DNA of 64,000 nt from the NCBI GenBank assembly GCA_903930675.1, contig CAIYZJ010000007.1, positions 9,589 to 73,588 on the forward strand, in the 5' to 3' direction. The position numbers and the translations under genes are program-made. The notes beneath the pieces were generated by a model that was given only the letters and a program-made list of their open reading frames with translations, was not told where the DNA came from and did not search any database. The DNA is from an uncultured Hyphomicrobiales bacterium (GTDB lineage: Bacteria; Pseudomonadota; Alphaproteobacteria; Rhizobiales; Beijerinckiaceae). Of the stretch, positions 1 to 8,543 are shown in pieces. Position 1 is the first letter of the stretch. Each line of letters starts with the position of its first letter.

Positions 1-96
1 ACGATGGTCAGCAGAACGGATGGTTCACTTGTTCCGGATGCTGGCCGGGCCTGATGGGATGCGACAGGGAGGGTCACTCGAAATCTCTCCAGAAAT

Positions 97-134
97 ACAT
101 CAGAGACCGGACCGCGAAGTGCAGTCTCTGATGT
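97..134. repeat. 11-bp perfect inverted repeat ACATCAGAGAC-N16-GTCTCTGATGT about 130 nt upstream of the first CDS
   Basis: Read directly: 97-107 is the reverse complement of 124-134. No T-run follows, so it is not called a terminator. Confidence 0.5.
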
Positions 135-264
135 GATGTTATGCGGTGGTTCGGGTCTTTTGTCATCACCAAAGGCAAAAAACCCGTTCCATGCTGATCC
201 CACGGTTTTATATCGGGCAAGATGAACGGTTGTTGAATGAAAGCGGTTTCGGGTAAGATCGGTT

Positions 265-1146
265 ATGACCCTCATTCTGCCACATGCTCACCCATCCCCT
301 ACGACCGCACCGCTTTTGCTGATCGCCGATGATTTCGGTCTGACGCCGGCCATCAGTGCCAGCATCCTGACGCTGATCAAAGCCGGACGGCTGTCGGGCA
401 CCGGTGCGATGACGAATTGCCCCGATTGGGCGGTGAGCGCGCCCGCTCTGGCGGCTTTGCGGGACAGGGCCGATGCCGGATTGCATCTGAATTTGACGGC
501 TCTGGCGCCCTTGGGGCCGATGCCGCTGTTATGCCCTCACGGGCAGTTTCCCGAATTGGGGAAGGTCGCGCGGCTGGCTTTGTTGCATCAAGCGGTGCGC
601 TCGGAACTCAAACAGGAGATTATCCGCCAGATCGAGGCTTTCGCCCGCCATTACGGCGCTTTGCCTTTGTTTGTCGACGGGCACCGCCATGTGCATGTGC
701 TGCCGGGGGTGCGTGCCGCGCTGTTCGAGGCTTTGGCAACTTTCGGCGACAATTACCGCCCGATGCTGCGCGATACCTATGACCAGCCATGGAAAATTTT
801 TGCTCGCGGGATCGTGCCGCTTAAGGCTCTGGTGATTGCGTTTCTCGCTTTTGGCTTCGAGGCCGAGGCGACGCGGCGCGGCTATCCGACCAATCAGGGC
901 TTTGCCGGTGTCGGACCGTTCGATCCCAAGCGCGATTTCAGGGCGGATATGCGCCGTTTCATCCGCCACAAAAAGCCGCGCGGATTGGTGATGGTGCATC
1001 CGGGCCTGTCGCCCGATCCCGATCTGGTGGGCGTTGACGGGGTGATCGACACCCGCCCGATCGAGCACGAGGCATTGATGTCCGATCATTTTCTGGCCGA
1101 TCTGGCGCAAGCGGGCTTCCATCTGGGGCGGATCGAGAGCCTGTAA
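265..1146 (+). CDS. ChbG/HpnK (YdjC) family carbohydrate deacetylase
   Basis: 293-aa ORF. The N-terminus LLLIADDFGLTPAISASIL...GTGAM and the later HRHVH motif are typical of YdjC-like deacetylases. Confidence 0.75.
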   Translation: MTLILPHAHPSPTTAPLLLIADDFGLTPAISASILTLIKAGRLSGTGAMTNCPDWAVSAPALAALRDRADAGLHLNLTALAPLGPMPLLCPHGQFPELGKVARLALLHQAVRSELKQEIIRQIEAFARHYGALPLFVDGHRHVHVLPGVRAALFEALATFGDNYRPMLRDTYDQPWKIFARGIVPLKALVIAFLAFGFEAEATRRGYPTNQGFAGVGPFDPKRDFRADMRRFIRHKKPRGLVMVHPGLSPDPDLVGVDGVIDTRPIEHEALMSDHFLADLAQAGFHLGRIESL

Positions 1147-1150
1147 CAAA

Positions 1151-1174
1151 AAACGGAGCCCGAAGGCTCCGTTT
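1151..1174. terminator. Bidirectional rho-independent terminator between convergent deacetylase and sodB
   Basis: 10-bp stem AAACGGAGCC / GGCTCCGTTT with loop CGAA. It is flanked by an A-run on the plus strand, which gives a T-run for the minus-strand sodB transcript. Confidence 0.6.
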
Positions 1175-1197
1175 GATGGTGTGACTGATCAACAGTC

Positions 1198-1794
1198 TTA
1201 TTTGTGGGCCGCGGCGAACAGTTCGGCCACATATTCCCAATTGACCATGTGGTCGATAAAGGCCTTCAAATAGTCGGGGCGACGGTTGCGGTAGTCGATG
1301 TAGTAGGAGTGTTCCCAGACATCGCAGCCCAGAATCGGGGTCGCGCCATGCACCAGCGGGCTTTCGCCATTGGCTGTCTTGGTGGCGATGACCTTGCCGT
1401 CTTTCACAGCCAGCCATGACCAGCCCGAACCGAATTGGGTGACACCGGCCTGAATGAAGTCTTCCTTCATCTTGTCGACCGAACCGAAGCCGTCGACAAT
1501 CGCCTTTTCCAGCTCGCCCGGAATCGAGCCGCCGCCATTGGGCTTCATCCAGTGCCAGAAATGCAGATGGTTGTAGTGCTGGCCGGCATTGTTGAACAGG
1601 CCGGCATGTTTGCCGAAAGAGCCTTTGACAACGTCTTCGAGCGACTTGCCTTCCCACTCCGAGCCCTTCAGCAGGTTGTTGCCGTTGTTCACATAAGCGA
1701 GATGGTGCTTGTCATGGTGGAATTCGAGGGTTTCGGCAGACATATAGGGTGCAAGGGCGTCATAGGCATAAGGCAGTTCTGGCAATGAAAACAT
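1198..1794 (-). CDS. sodB: Fe/Mn superoxide dismutase
   Basis: MFSLPELPYAYDALAPYMSAETLEFHHDKHH...DVWEHSYYIDYRNRRPDY are hallmark SOD motifs. The start is set at the internal ATG (1794), not the 246-aa ORF start. Confidence 0.95.
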   Translation of the reverse strand: MFSLPELPYAYDALAPYMSAETLEFHHDKHHLAYVNNGNNLLKGSEWEGKSLEDVVKGSFGKHAGLFNNAGQHYNHLHFWHWMKPNGGGSIPGELEKAIVDGFGSVDKMKEDFIQAGVTQFGSGWSWLAVKDGKVIATKTANGESPLVHGATPILGCDVWEHSYYIDYRNRRPDYLKAFIDHMVNWEYVAELFAAAHK

Positions 1795-2046
1795 CTGTGC
1801 TCTCCTCCTGGGTGTGACTGTCGGGATGCAAACCGGAGATCGAGGGACCGGCTTGCAATCACTGGCGATTGGTCGGGCCATACTATCCCGACCGAACCGT
1901 TCAAATCTATACTTAAGGCGCAGAATGGTTCGGGGCAACCGGCTTCAATGCACTTGATGCAATTTCCCAACCATGCCAATCAATCTCTGCGATAATGACG
2001 AAGCGGCCCCCAGGCGGGCTGATTGATGCGAGGGAAGGGCCTGAAC

Positions 2047-2967
2047 ATGTTCAAAGCAGTGTTGGCACTGGCCACAGTGATGGTGGCAACAGGCGGCTTT
2101 GCCATTTTCAATGGCATGGGCATGATACTGAACGAGCGCGGCTGGACACAGGTGATCGGCGGTTCTGTCGTGTTGTCCACAGGCTTGCTGATCCTGTCGC
2201 TGGCTGCTTTGCTGGCCCATGCCCGCACGCTGTTTGCGGCTGGCGGGCAGGCGGTCGAACCACAAATCGCCCCCGAACAGCCCGTCCGGCCTGCCGATGC
2301 GGTGTTTGCTGAACCGTCTGACCACGGGCATCCGCAGGCTCATGACGCAGGTGTCCCTCATGCGGCAAGCCATCATGAGACAAGCCATCATGAGACAAGC
2401 CATCATGAGACAAGCCATCAAGAGGCAAGCCGGCTTGACCTGCCGCCCGCGGCGGTTGCCCATGCCGATCATGTCGCAGCACCCGAACCGATTGCCGCTT
2501 TTGCTGAAACTTTCGAACGCGATTATCCGGTTTCCGTGTCAGCCTTCAGACCTGCGCGTCATCACGATAGGCCGCAGGAGAGGTCGGCCCATGATCTCTT
2601 GAGCGATCTGGTGCCGCCGCCGGTACCGATGCCCGTGGCCAAGCCCGATGAATGGAGCCAGGCTGCTCCCTTGCGGCAAGACAATCCGCCTTTGCAACCA
2701 TCATTGCTCGACAGTCTGACCCAAGCTGCGCCCTATCATGCGCGCTACGAGCCTGTGCGGCCGACCATGCCGCCAGCCGATACGATCGAACGCGAATTGG
2801 TGGCGAGCTATACGGCGGGGGGTGTCGGCTATTTCATGTATTCCGACCAGACCATCGAAGCCGAAATGGCGATCGGCCGCTATCGCTTCGCCTCGATGGA
2901 TGAATTGCGCCACTTCGTCGAAACCAATGAAGGCGGCGTCAAAGTCGGTGAATCCACCCAGATCTGA
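2047..2967 (+). CDS. Hypothetical membrane protein with a histidine-rich SHHET repeat tract
   Basis: Two N-terminal hydrophobic segments. GGGAAGG sits upstream of ATG 2047. The internal tract is HHETSHHETSHHETSHQEAS. No family recognised. Confidence 0.6.
   Translation: MFKAVLALATVMVATGGFAIFNGMGMILNERGWTQVIGGSVVLSTGLLILSLAALLAHARTLFAAGGQAVEPQIAPEQPVRPADAVFAEPSDHGHPQAHDAGVPHAASHHETSHHETSHHETSHQEASRLDLPPAAVAHADHVAAPEPIAAFAETFERDYPVSVSAFRPARHHDRPQERSAHDLLSDLVPPPVPMPVAKPDEWSQAAPLRQDNPPLQPSLLDSLTQAAPYHARYEPVRPTMPPADTIERELVASYTAGGVGYFMYSDQTIEAEMAIGRYRFASMDELRHFVETNEGGVKVGESTQI
2366..2431 (+). repeat. In-frame 15-bp tandem repeat (CAAGCCATCATGAGA), about 4.4 copies
   Basis: Three perfect copies at 2366-2410, then one degenerate copy and one partial copy. 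It encodes the (S-H-H-E-T)n tract. Confidence 0.9.
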
Positions 2968-2972
2968 CGGTT

Positions 2973-3425
2973 TCAACCGCGCGGTTTGAAATCCAGCGCC
3001 ACCCCATTGGTGCAGTATCGCAAGCCGGTGGGGCGGGGGCCATCGGGGAAGACATGCCCGATATGGCTGTCGCAACGCCCGCAGCGGATTTCGACCCGAT
3101 GCATCCCGAAACTGCGATCCTCATGCTCGATGATCGCCCCGGGAGAGACAGGCTGGAAAAAACTCGGCCAGCCCGATCCTGTCTCGTATTTGGTGTCGGA
3201 GGTGAACAGCGGCTGGTCGCAGGCCACGCAATGAAACAGGCCCGTGCGTTTTTCATCGAGCCACGGGCCGGAAAAGGCCCGTTCCGTGCCATGCTGGCGG
3301 GTGACGCGGAATTGTTCGGGCGTCAGACGGGCCTGCCATTCCGCATCACTAAGGATGAGACGATCGGCCTTGTTGGCGGATTGCAATGATGCGTCGCTCG
3401 CGTGATCTTCTTCGTTATGGCTCAT
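2973..3425 (-). CDS. msrB: Peptide-methionine (R)-S-oxide reductase
   Basis: Motifs [11 protein letters not shown]...GWPSF...[17 protein letters not shown]...RYCTN (SelR/MsrB with the two CxxC zinc pairs). Start set at ATG 3425. Confidence 0.93.
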   Translation of the reverse strand: MSHNEEDHASDASLQSANKADRLILSDAEWQARLTPEQFRVTRQHGTERAFSGPWLDEKRTGLFHCVACDQPLFTSDTKYETGSGWPSFFQPVSPGAIIEHEDRSFGMHRVEIRCGRCDSHIGHVFPDGPRPTGLRYCTNGVALDFKPRG

Positions 3426-3750
3426 GGATACACCTATAAATTGTAAAAAATAACCACTGGCTGAATAAATGGTTCTTCGGAACAGAAATTCAACCAGATT
3501 CATGTTGTTTTTCGGATTATGACTTGTTGAAGCCGTATATTTTTCCTATCAAGAGAAATGATCTATTGAGATTATGCTTAGTTCGGCCTTTCGTTGATTA
3601 TATAATAAATTGTTTCAGCGTCGATTAGTTCATGGCCGGTCAGAGGCCGAGTTCTCTGGCACGTTTGTGTTGCACTGTAAACGCGTCTCGATCCTTTCGG
3701 AGCACGGCAAGCAAAACAATTCGACCGGCTTGCTTTTGGAGAATAATATT

Positions 3751-4164
3751 ATGACAGATCAACATCACCATCATCTTCAGACTATTGATATGACTGCCGA
3801 TATTGTGTCGGCTTATATTAGCAACAACAGTATTTCATGGCATGATTTGCCAGCTTTGATCAAAAGCGTCCACAGCGGCCTGCTGGCTTTGGGCAGTGAC
3901 GAGCCGCTCCTTGAAATCGAGAGCCAGAAGCCTGCGGTTCCGGTCAAGAAATCGGTGTTTCAGGACCATATCATCTGTCTGGAAGACGGCAAAAGCTTCA
4001 AGTCGCTCAAGCGTCATTTGCAGGCCCATTACGGCCTGACACCCGACCAGTACCGCCAGAAATGGGGTCTGCCCGACGATTATCCGATGGTGGCTCCCGA
4101 CTATACGCAAAAGCGTTCGATGCTGGCCAAAAAGATGGGCCTCGGCCGCAAGACCGGCGCATAA
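3751..4164 (+). CDS. mucR: MucR/Ros family zinc-finger transcriptional regulator
   Basis: TADIVSAYISNN...ICLEDGKSFKSLKRHLQAHYGLTPDQYRQKWGLPDDYPMVAPDY is the Ros/MucR signature. The ATG at 3751 follows a long AT-rich leader. Confidence 0.9.
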   Translation: MTDQHHHHLQTIDMTADIVSAYISNNSISWHDLPALIKSVHSGLLALGSDEPLLEIESQKPAVPVKKSVFQDHIICLEDGKSFKSLKRHLQAHYGLTPDQYRQKWGLPDDYPMVAPDYTQKRSMLAKKMGLGRKTGA

Positions 4165-4207
4165 GACGGTTGGCTCCCGGTCTTCCCTATCGCAGGCCAT
4201 GATCCAA

Positions 4208-4232
4208 AAGGGCAGCTTCGGCTGCCCTTTTT
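4208..4232 (+). terminator. Rho-independent terminator downstream of mucR
   Basis: Stem AAGGGCAGC / GCTGCCCTT, loop TTCG, followed by TTTG. Confidence 0.7.
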
Positions 4233-4247
4233 GTCAAGCAGGTGGGA

Positions 4248-4613
4248 TCAGCCTGCAGGTTCCTTTTTCATGCCGCGCCAGATTTGGCATTCGGCCCGCC
4301 ACGCCTGCAACAAGGCGATGTGACGATTGACATCATAGCCCGTCTGCTTGCGGCTCAACCCCGCCTGACGGGCCTTGCGCCTTTGGAGCTGCAAGGCCTT
4401 GCGCAGCCTGTCCAGAATACCGGCAGTCATGGCCGGTTCCTCTCCTTGCAGGTCTTTGGGCCAGAGCCGCAATAAAGGCGGCAGATGCTGCATCCGCGCA
4501 TAGCGTTTGACACCGGCCTCGATGGTGGCATCGACAGCCCGCCAAGCCTGTATCCGCATCACCTGATCAAGCGCGCCACGGATCATGCCGGAAGGGGTGG
4601 GAGCAAAGCTCAT
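4248..4613 (-). CDS. Conserved hypothetical protein (121 aa, basic C-terminal half)
   Basis: Single clean ORF, divergent from 4717..5613. No motif I can assign with confidence. Confidence 0.55.
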   Translation of the reverse strand: MSFAPTPSGMIRGALDQVMRIQAWRAVDATIEAGVKRYARMQHLPPLLRLWPKDLQGEEPAMTAGILDRLRKALQLQRRKARQAGLSRKQTGYDVNRHIALLQAWRAECQIWRGMKKEPAG

Positions 4614-4716
4614 AGGTTTTTTCTCCGAAAATCTATTGACAATATCCCTATTATACGAAAATAATCCTATTAATGCAAATGCGGTGCAGTTTCACCCTTT
4701 CCCAAAGGAGCCGATC

Positions 4717-5613
4717 ATGATGCCAACCTTGCCTGTTTTCTCGCCGATCCCAGTTGCCCAAGCGGGAGCGTTGCCTTCGTTGCATGACGATGGTTGTGGA
4801 CTGCCTGCGAGGGATTTAAGCGTGCAGGCGCAGCGTGTTTTGGCCCTGCTGGCTGCGCCAGATTGCTATGGCCGAACGGCATTGGTGGCGGGCAAGGTCA
4901 GTGTGATCGGCAAACGCGGTGGTGTTTCGCTGGTGGTGGGCCAAGTCGAGTTGACGCAGATTGATGCACTGGTGCAGTCGGGCCATGTCAGCCGCGAGGG
5001 GCAGGGGGAAGTGCTGACCTATCGCATGGCACGACAACCAAGGACCTCTGCCGCAAAGCCAGTCCAAATCTCACCGTCAAGCTTGGTACCCCCAAGGACA
5101 AGTCAGAACAAAGCGGTGCGGGTCGGACAGGAGAGTCCGTTGCAATGGCTGTCGCGCCGCAAGGATAAAACCGGACAACCGATGATTTCACCCGTGGCAC
5201 TGGCGGCAGGCGAGCGGTTGCAGCGGGACTTCATGCAGGCCGGCATGAGTCCGAAAATGAGTTCGGACTGGTCGGGTCTGCCTGCCAGTGGAACCGGACA
5301 GCACCGCGGGGCTTTGTTGCACAGCGAGCGCCAGATGGCAGCCCAACAACGCTTGCGGCGGGCGCTGGAGGCGTGCGGGGGTGATCTGGCGGGGGTGTTG
5401 CTGGATCTGTGCTGTTTTCTCAATCCGCTCGAGACGGTGGAGCAGGAGCGCGGTTGGCCCGCGCGTTCGGGCAAGGTGATCCTGAAGCTGGCTTTGTCGG
5501 CCCTGATGCGCCATTACGGGCTGTCGGAAAAGGCGCGCGGGCCGACCCGCACAGGCAAAATCCGGATCTGGCATGCGCCGGCAAATCAGGCTGGCCAGTC
5601 GCAGGACGAATAG
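4717..5613 (+). CDS. Conserved hypothetical protein, possibly DNA-binding
   Basis: AAGGAG lies 6 nt upstream of ATG 4717. The C-terminal segment AGERLQRDF...LLDLCCFLNPLETVEQERGWPARSGKVILKLAL resembles a widespread alphaproteobacterial domain of unknown function. The family name is not asserted. Confidence 0.6.
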   Translation: MMPTLPVFSPIPVAQAGALPSLHDDGCGLPARDLSVQAQRVLALLAAPDCYGRTALVAGKVSVIGKRGGVSLVVGQVELTQIDALVQSGHVSREGQGEVLTYRMARQPRTSAAKPVQISPSSLVPPRTSQNKAVRVGQESPLQWLSRRKDKTGQPMISPVALAAGERLQRDFMQAGMSPKMSSDWSGLPASGTGQHRGALLHSERQMAAQQRLRRALEACGGDLAGVLLDLCCFLNPLETVEQERGWPARSGKVILKLALSALMRHYGLSEKARGPTRTGKIRIWHAPANQAGQSQDE

Positions 5614-6045
5614 TTATTGGGCAGCCAAGGCCCCTGCGGCATCCCTGCGGATGCGTTCGACCATCGAGCGCACGCCGTTGGACCGTTGCGGGGTGAGGTG
5701 TTCGGACAGTTCCAGCTGTTTGAACAGTCCCATCACATCGCCGGAGAGCACCTCTTGCGGGGTTTTCTTGTCATAAAAGCTCAGCACCAAAGCCACCAGA
5801 CCCTTGACGATATGGGCATCGCTGTCGCCGCGGAAGGCCAGAAGCGGTGTGCCGTCGGGCGCATGGGTCAGTGTTGTGACCACCCAGACCTGACTGGCGC
5901 AACCGCGCACGCGGTTGTCCTCGTTGCGCTCGTCATCGCTGAGGGGGGCAAGCGAACGGCCCATCTCGATCAGATAGCGGTAACGGTCCTCCCATGCATC
6001 GAGCATGTCGAAGGTAGCAATCACATCGGCGATTTGAAGCGTCAT
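5614..6045 (-). CDS. sufE: Cysteine desulfuration protein SufE
   Basis: DRYRYLIEMGRSLAPL...RVRGCASQVWV...FRGDSDAHIVKGL...LTPQRSNG are SufE/CsdE family motifs. Confidence 0.9.
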   Translation of the reverse strand: MTLQIADVIATFDMLDAWEDRYRYLIEMGRSLAPLSDDERNEDNRVRGCASQVWVVTTLTHAPDGTPLLAFRGDSDAHIVKGLVALVLSFYDKKTPQEVLSGDVMGLFKQLELSEHLTPQRSNGVRSMVERIRRDAAGALAAQ

Positions 6046-6078
6046 CCGTCCGGCCCTTCACTGGCAGTTACAGCCTAT

Positions 6079-6657
6079 TTAGGGCTGTCGCTGCGCTTTG
6101 GCCACCATCTTCTCGGGAGAAGTCTTTGCTGCCGGCGTTGCCACCTTCTCGATCAATGCACCCAGCACATCGGGTTGGGCGGCGGGATGGCTGGTGGCGG
6201 GTTGCGGTTTGGCTTTGTCTCTGGGGGCTTGCGCAGGTTCGGCAGCAGCGGTTTTGGGCGTCACCGCATTGGCTGCCGAGGTCGCGGCAGAGCGGGCAAT
6301 TTCGGCACACAAAGCCGGATTGGCCAGACACAAATCCTTGCCGAGCGCGATCAGATCACCGATCTGGTCGGCATTGCCGGCCTTTGCGGGAGCGCCCGCT
6401 GAGGCATTGGCGGTTTGAACGGGGGCGGGTTGCGCTGTTTGCGGTTTGGCCGGACGCCCGCCCGTGACCATGGCATGGGCCGCAGCCTGACTGGCCTGAA
6501 TGGCCGAATAATCGAGTGCCGGCGTGGTCTTTTGGCTTGGGACGGTTTTCGTATTCGGGTGGCTTGAAGACGGCAGCGTGGTCGCATCCAGCCTGACAGG
6601 CGATAACGCGTAAATCGTGCCGATCACCAGAAGGGAGCGAAATATCGAGCCGAACAT
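6079..6657 (-). CDS. Hypothetical exported Ala/Pro-rich protein
   Basis: N-terminal signal-like MFGSIFRSLLVIGTIYALSP, then low-complexity A/P/T/Q-rich sequence. ATG at 6657 (the ORF track begins one codon earlier at TTG). Confidence 0.55.
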   Translation of the reverse strand: MFGSIFRSLLVIGTIYALSPVRLDATTLPSSSHPNTKTVPSQKTTPALDYSAIQASQAAAHAMVTGGRPAKPQTAQPAPVQTANASAGAPAKAGNADQIGDLIALGKDLCLANPALCAEIARSAATSAANAVTPKTAAAEPAQAPRDKAKPQPATSHPAAQPDVLGALIEKVATPAAKTSPEKMVAKAQRQP

Positions 6658-6949
6658 CAAAAGCCTTCAAATCCGGATCGTCCGGAGACGAGCGGCCAGC
6701 ACGGATCAGGGCTGGCACGGGGGTGAGAACTGAACGCGCGCGATGTTCAAGGCAGATATTCAAGACATCGGCACCTGTGTTGAACACCATATTGGCAGTG
6801 CTGGCGAGACCTTGATGCTTTGCATGGTTTACGATTGGTAACTGCCCGAAGGCATTTCCGGAGAACCAAACGGTTTTAACGATCTTTTCGGCTGGTGCTG
6901 TCGATTTGCCGCCAAATGATTTATGTTGGCGGCAAGGTAAGGGATCGTG

Positions 6950-7468
6950 ATGGCCAAGCAGGCAGACCAACAGCAAGAGCGTGTGGCGACCGACCCGCCA
7001 CAGCACGGATTTTTGCGCAGGCATCTGGTGCGGATGCTGCGGGCCGTGGTACGCCGTCCGGCCCGTCTGGTGATCGGGCTGGTGATCGGTGCGGCCTGTT
7101 TCGGATTTTTGTTCAATGCTCTGGTGCTGCAAGGCGGACGGCATCCCGCGCCTTTGTTCACCCAATGGGGCAAGGTGACCGATGATCCGCTGCCCGTGCC
7201 GCGTCCCGTGCCTTTGCCGCCGGCCGATCCGGTTGCCGCGTCGATCAAAGCGGCTCCGGCGGGCGAACCGGTGCGCGAGGTGTTGTTTGTCCAGCGCGCC
7301 TTGAACCGTCTCGGTTTCGGCCCTCTCCAGCCCGACGGGGTGATGGGGCTGGCGACGCAACAGGCGATCGACCGCTTTGCCGCGTCGCGCAAATGGGGCA
7401 GGCAGGAGGGGATCAGCCGCCGTTTGATTGCCGAATTGTCCGAGGCCACGGGGCTGAAACCCGAATGA
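6950..7468 (+). CDS. Membrane-anchored peptidoglycan-binding domain protein
   Basis: One TM segment (LVIGLVIGAACFGFLF). The C-terminal VQRALNRLGFGPLQPDGVMGLATQQAIDRF matches the PG_binding_1 repeat pattern. Confidence 0.75.
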   Translation: MAKQADQQQERVATDPPQHGFLRRHLVRMLRAVVRRPARLVIGLVIGAACFGFLFNALVLQGGRHPAPLFTQWGKVTDDPLPVPRPVPLPPADPVAASIKAAPAGEPVREVLFVQRALNRLGFGPLQPDGVMGLATQQAIDRFAASRKWGRQEGISRRLIAELSEATGLKPE

Positions 7469-7866
7469 GTGCCCTGACGCGGTTGCGCTCCGATATCTGG
7501 GTCGATGCCTATCGCCGCAGGGTCGAGATTGCGGGCGGCTATGTGACAATCCGCCAGCGCGGTGCAACCGAGGCGGGCGCAATTTTTATCATTGTGAGCA
7601 ATCGCGATGGCGGCTCGCGGCTCTATGGGCCTGCTCCGCAATCGCTCTATGACGAAGGCGCGACATCGCGCCGCTTTATCGCGCTCAACAGCGAGGATTG
7701 GGACGCCTTGCAGGTGATGGCCATGCTCGAAAAACAAAAGCGCTTCGATCCCGATCTGTGGCTGGTGGATGTGGACGACCGCGAGGGTCGCCATTTTTTT
7801 CTAGATGACGAGCAAAGCCCGACCACGTCCGACACCCCGCCTGCATCAGGCCTTTGGAGATCATGA
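7465..7866 (+). CDS. DUF1491-like conserved hypothetical protein
   Basis: [39 protein letters not shown] is the typical N-terminus of this alphaproteobacterial family. ATGA overlap with the upstream gene. Confidence 0.7.
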   Translation: MSALTRLRSDIWVDAYRRRVEIAGGYVTIRQRGATEAGAIFIIVSNRDGGSRLYGPAPQSLYDEGATSRRFIALNSEDWDALQVMAMLEKQKRFDPDLWLVDVDDREGRHFFLDDEQSPTTSDTPPASGLWRS

Positions 7867-8339
7867 TGGCTTTCTGGAAAGAAAAAACGCTGGACGAGAT
7901 GACCCCGCAGGAATGGGAAAGCCTGTGCGATGGGTGCGGCCGCTGTTGTCTGGTCAAACTCGAAGACGAGGATACCGCCGAAATCTATGCCACCGATGTC
8001 AGCTGCACCTTGTTCAACCCGCTGACCTGCCAATGCAGGAATTACAGCCAGCGCGCCAGTTTGGTGCATGATTGCGTGACCCTGACGCCCGAGGATGTGC
8101 GCAGCTTGCCGTGGTTACCGCCCAGTTGCGGCTATCGGCTGGTCAATGAAGGCAAGGATTTGCCCGCCTGGCATCCACTGGTGTCGGGTTCCCCGCGCAC
8201 CGTGCACGAGGCCGGCGTGTCGGTTCAAGGCCGTGTCTTTGCCTCCGAGGACGAGGTGGCACTCGATGATCTGCCCGCGCGCATCAAGGACTGGCCGCTG
8301 CAATGGCCCGCCAAACCGGCCACCAAAAAATCCCGTTGA
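7863..8339 (+). CDS. ycgN: YcgN family (UPF0260) cysteine-cluster protein
   Basis: [21 protein letters not shown]...[18 protein letters not shown] is the YcgN signature. ATGA overlap with the upstream gene, and GGAGA as RBS. Confidence 0.85.
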   Translation: MMAFWKEKTLDEMTPQEWESLCDGCGRCCLVKLEDEDTAEIYATDVSCTLFNPLTCQCRNYSQRASLVHDCVTLTPEDVRSLPWLPPSCGYRLVNEGKDLPAWHPLVSGSPRTVHEAGVSVQGRVFASEDEVALDDLPARIKDWPLQWPAKPATKKSR

Positions 8340-8403
8340 CGGACTGCGCAATCATGGGGAGCAGGGATGGCCATTAGCCATAAAATGCAAATTATTCCTA
8401 TAT

Positions 8404-8422
8404 AGGACTATAGTCCTTGACA
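8404..8422 (+). promoter_or_regulatory. 14-bp perfect palindrome AGGACTATAGTCCT abutting/overlapping a TTGACA -35-like hexamer
   Basis: 8404-8417 is self-complementary. TTGACA lies at 8417-8422, and TATTTT lies 18 nt downstream as a weak -10. Confidence 0.35.
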
Positions 8423-8543
8423 GGGACAATGGTTTTGCCTTATTTTTGAAATGTCCAAAAGCCTGCAGGCCGGTACGGCAGGGAAGGATGGGGCCTGTCT
8501 CTTGTCACCGGGGTTGCAGGGTCATTTCAAGAGGCCCGAAGCC

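Noticed and set aside
1-264. tRNA, small RNA or truncated gene at the left edge and in other larger spacers (1795-2046, 6658-6949, 56670-56888)
   Set aside because: By eye I recognised no cloverleaf-compatible sequence, no GGTTCGAATCC-type T-arm and no conserved RNA motif. A covariance-model scan (tRNAscan-SE/Infernal) would be needed to exclude them.
6356-7794. Minus-strand ORFs of 408 aa and 321 aa
   Set aside because: They overlap the DUF5330-like exported protein, the PG-binding protein and the DUF1491 gene, and they span a clear divergent promoter region. The translations are Arg/Pro-rich shadow sequence.
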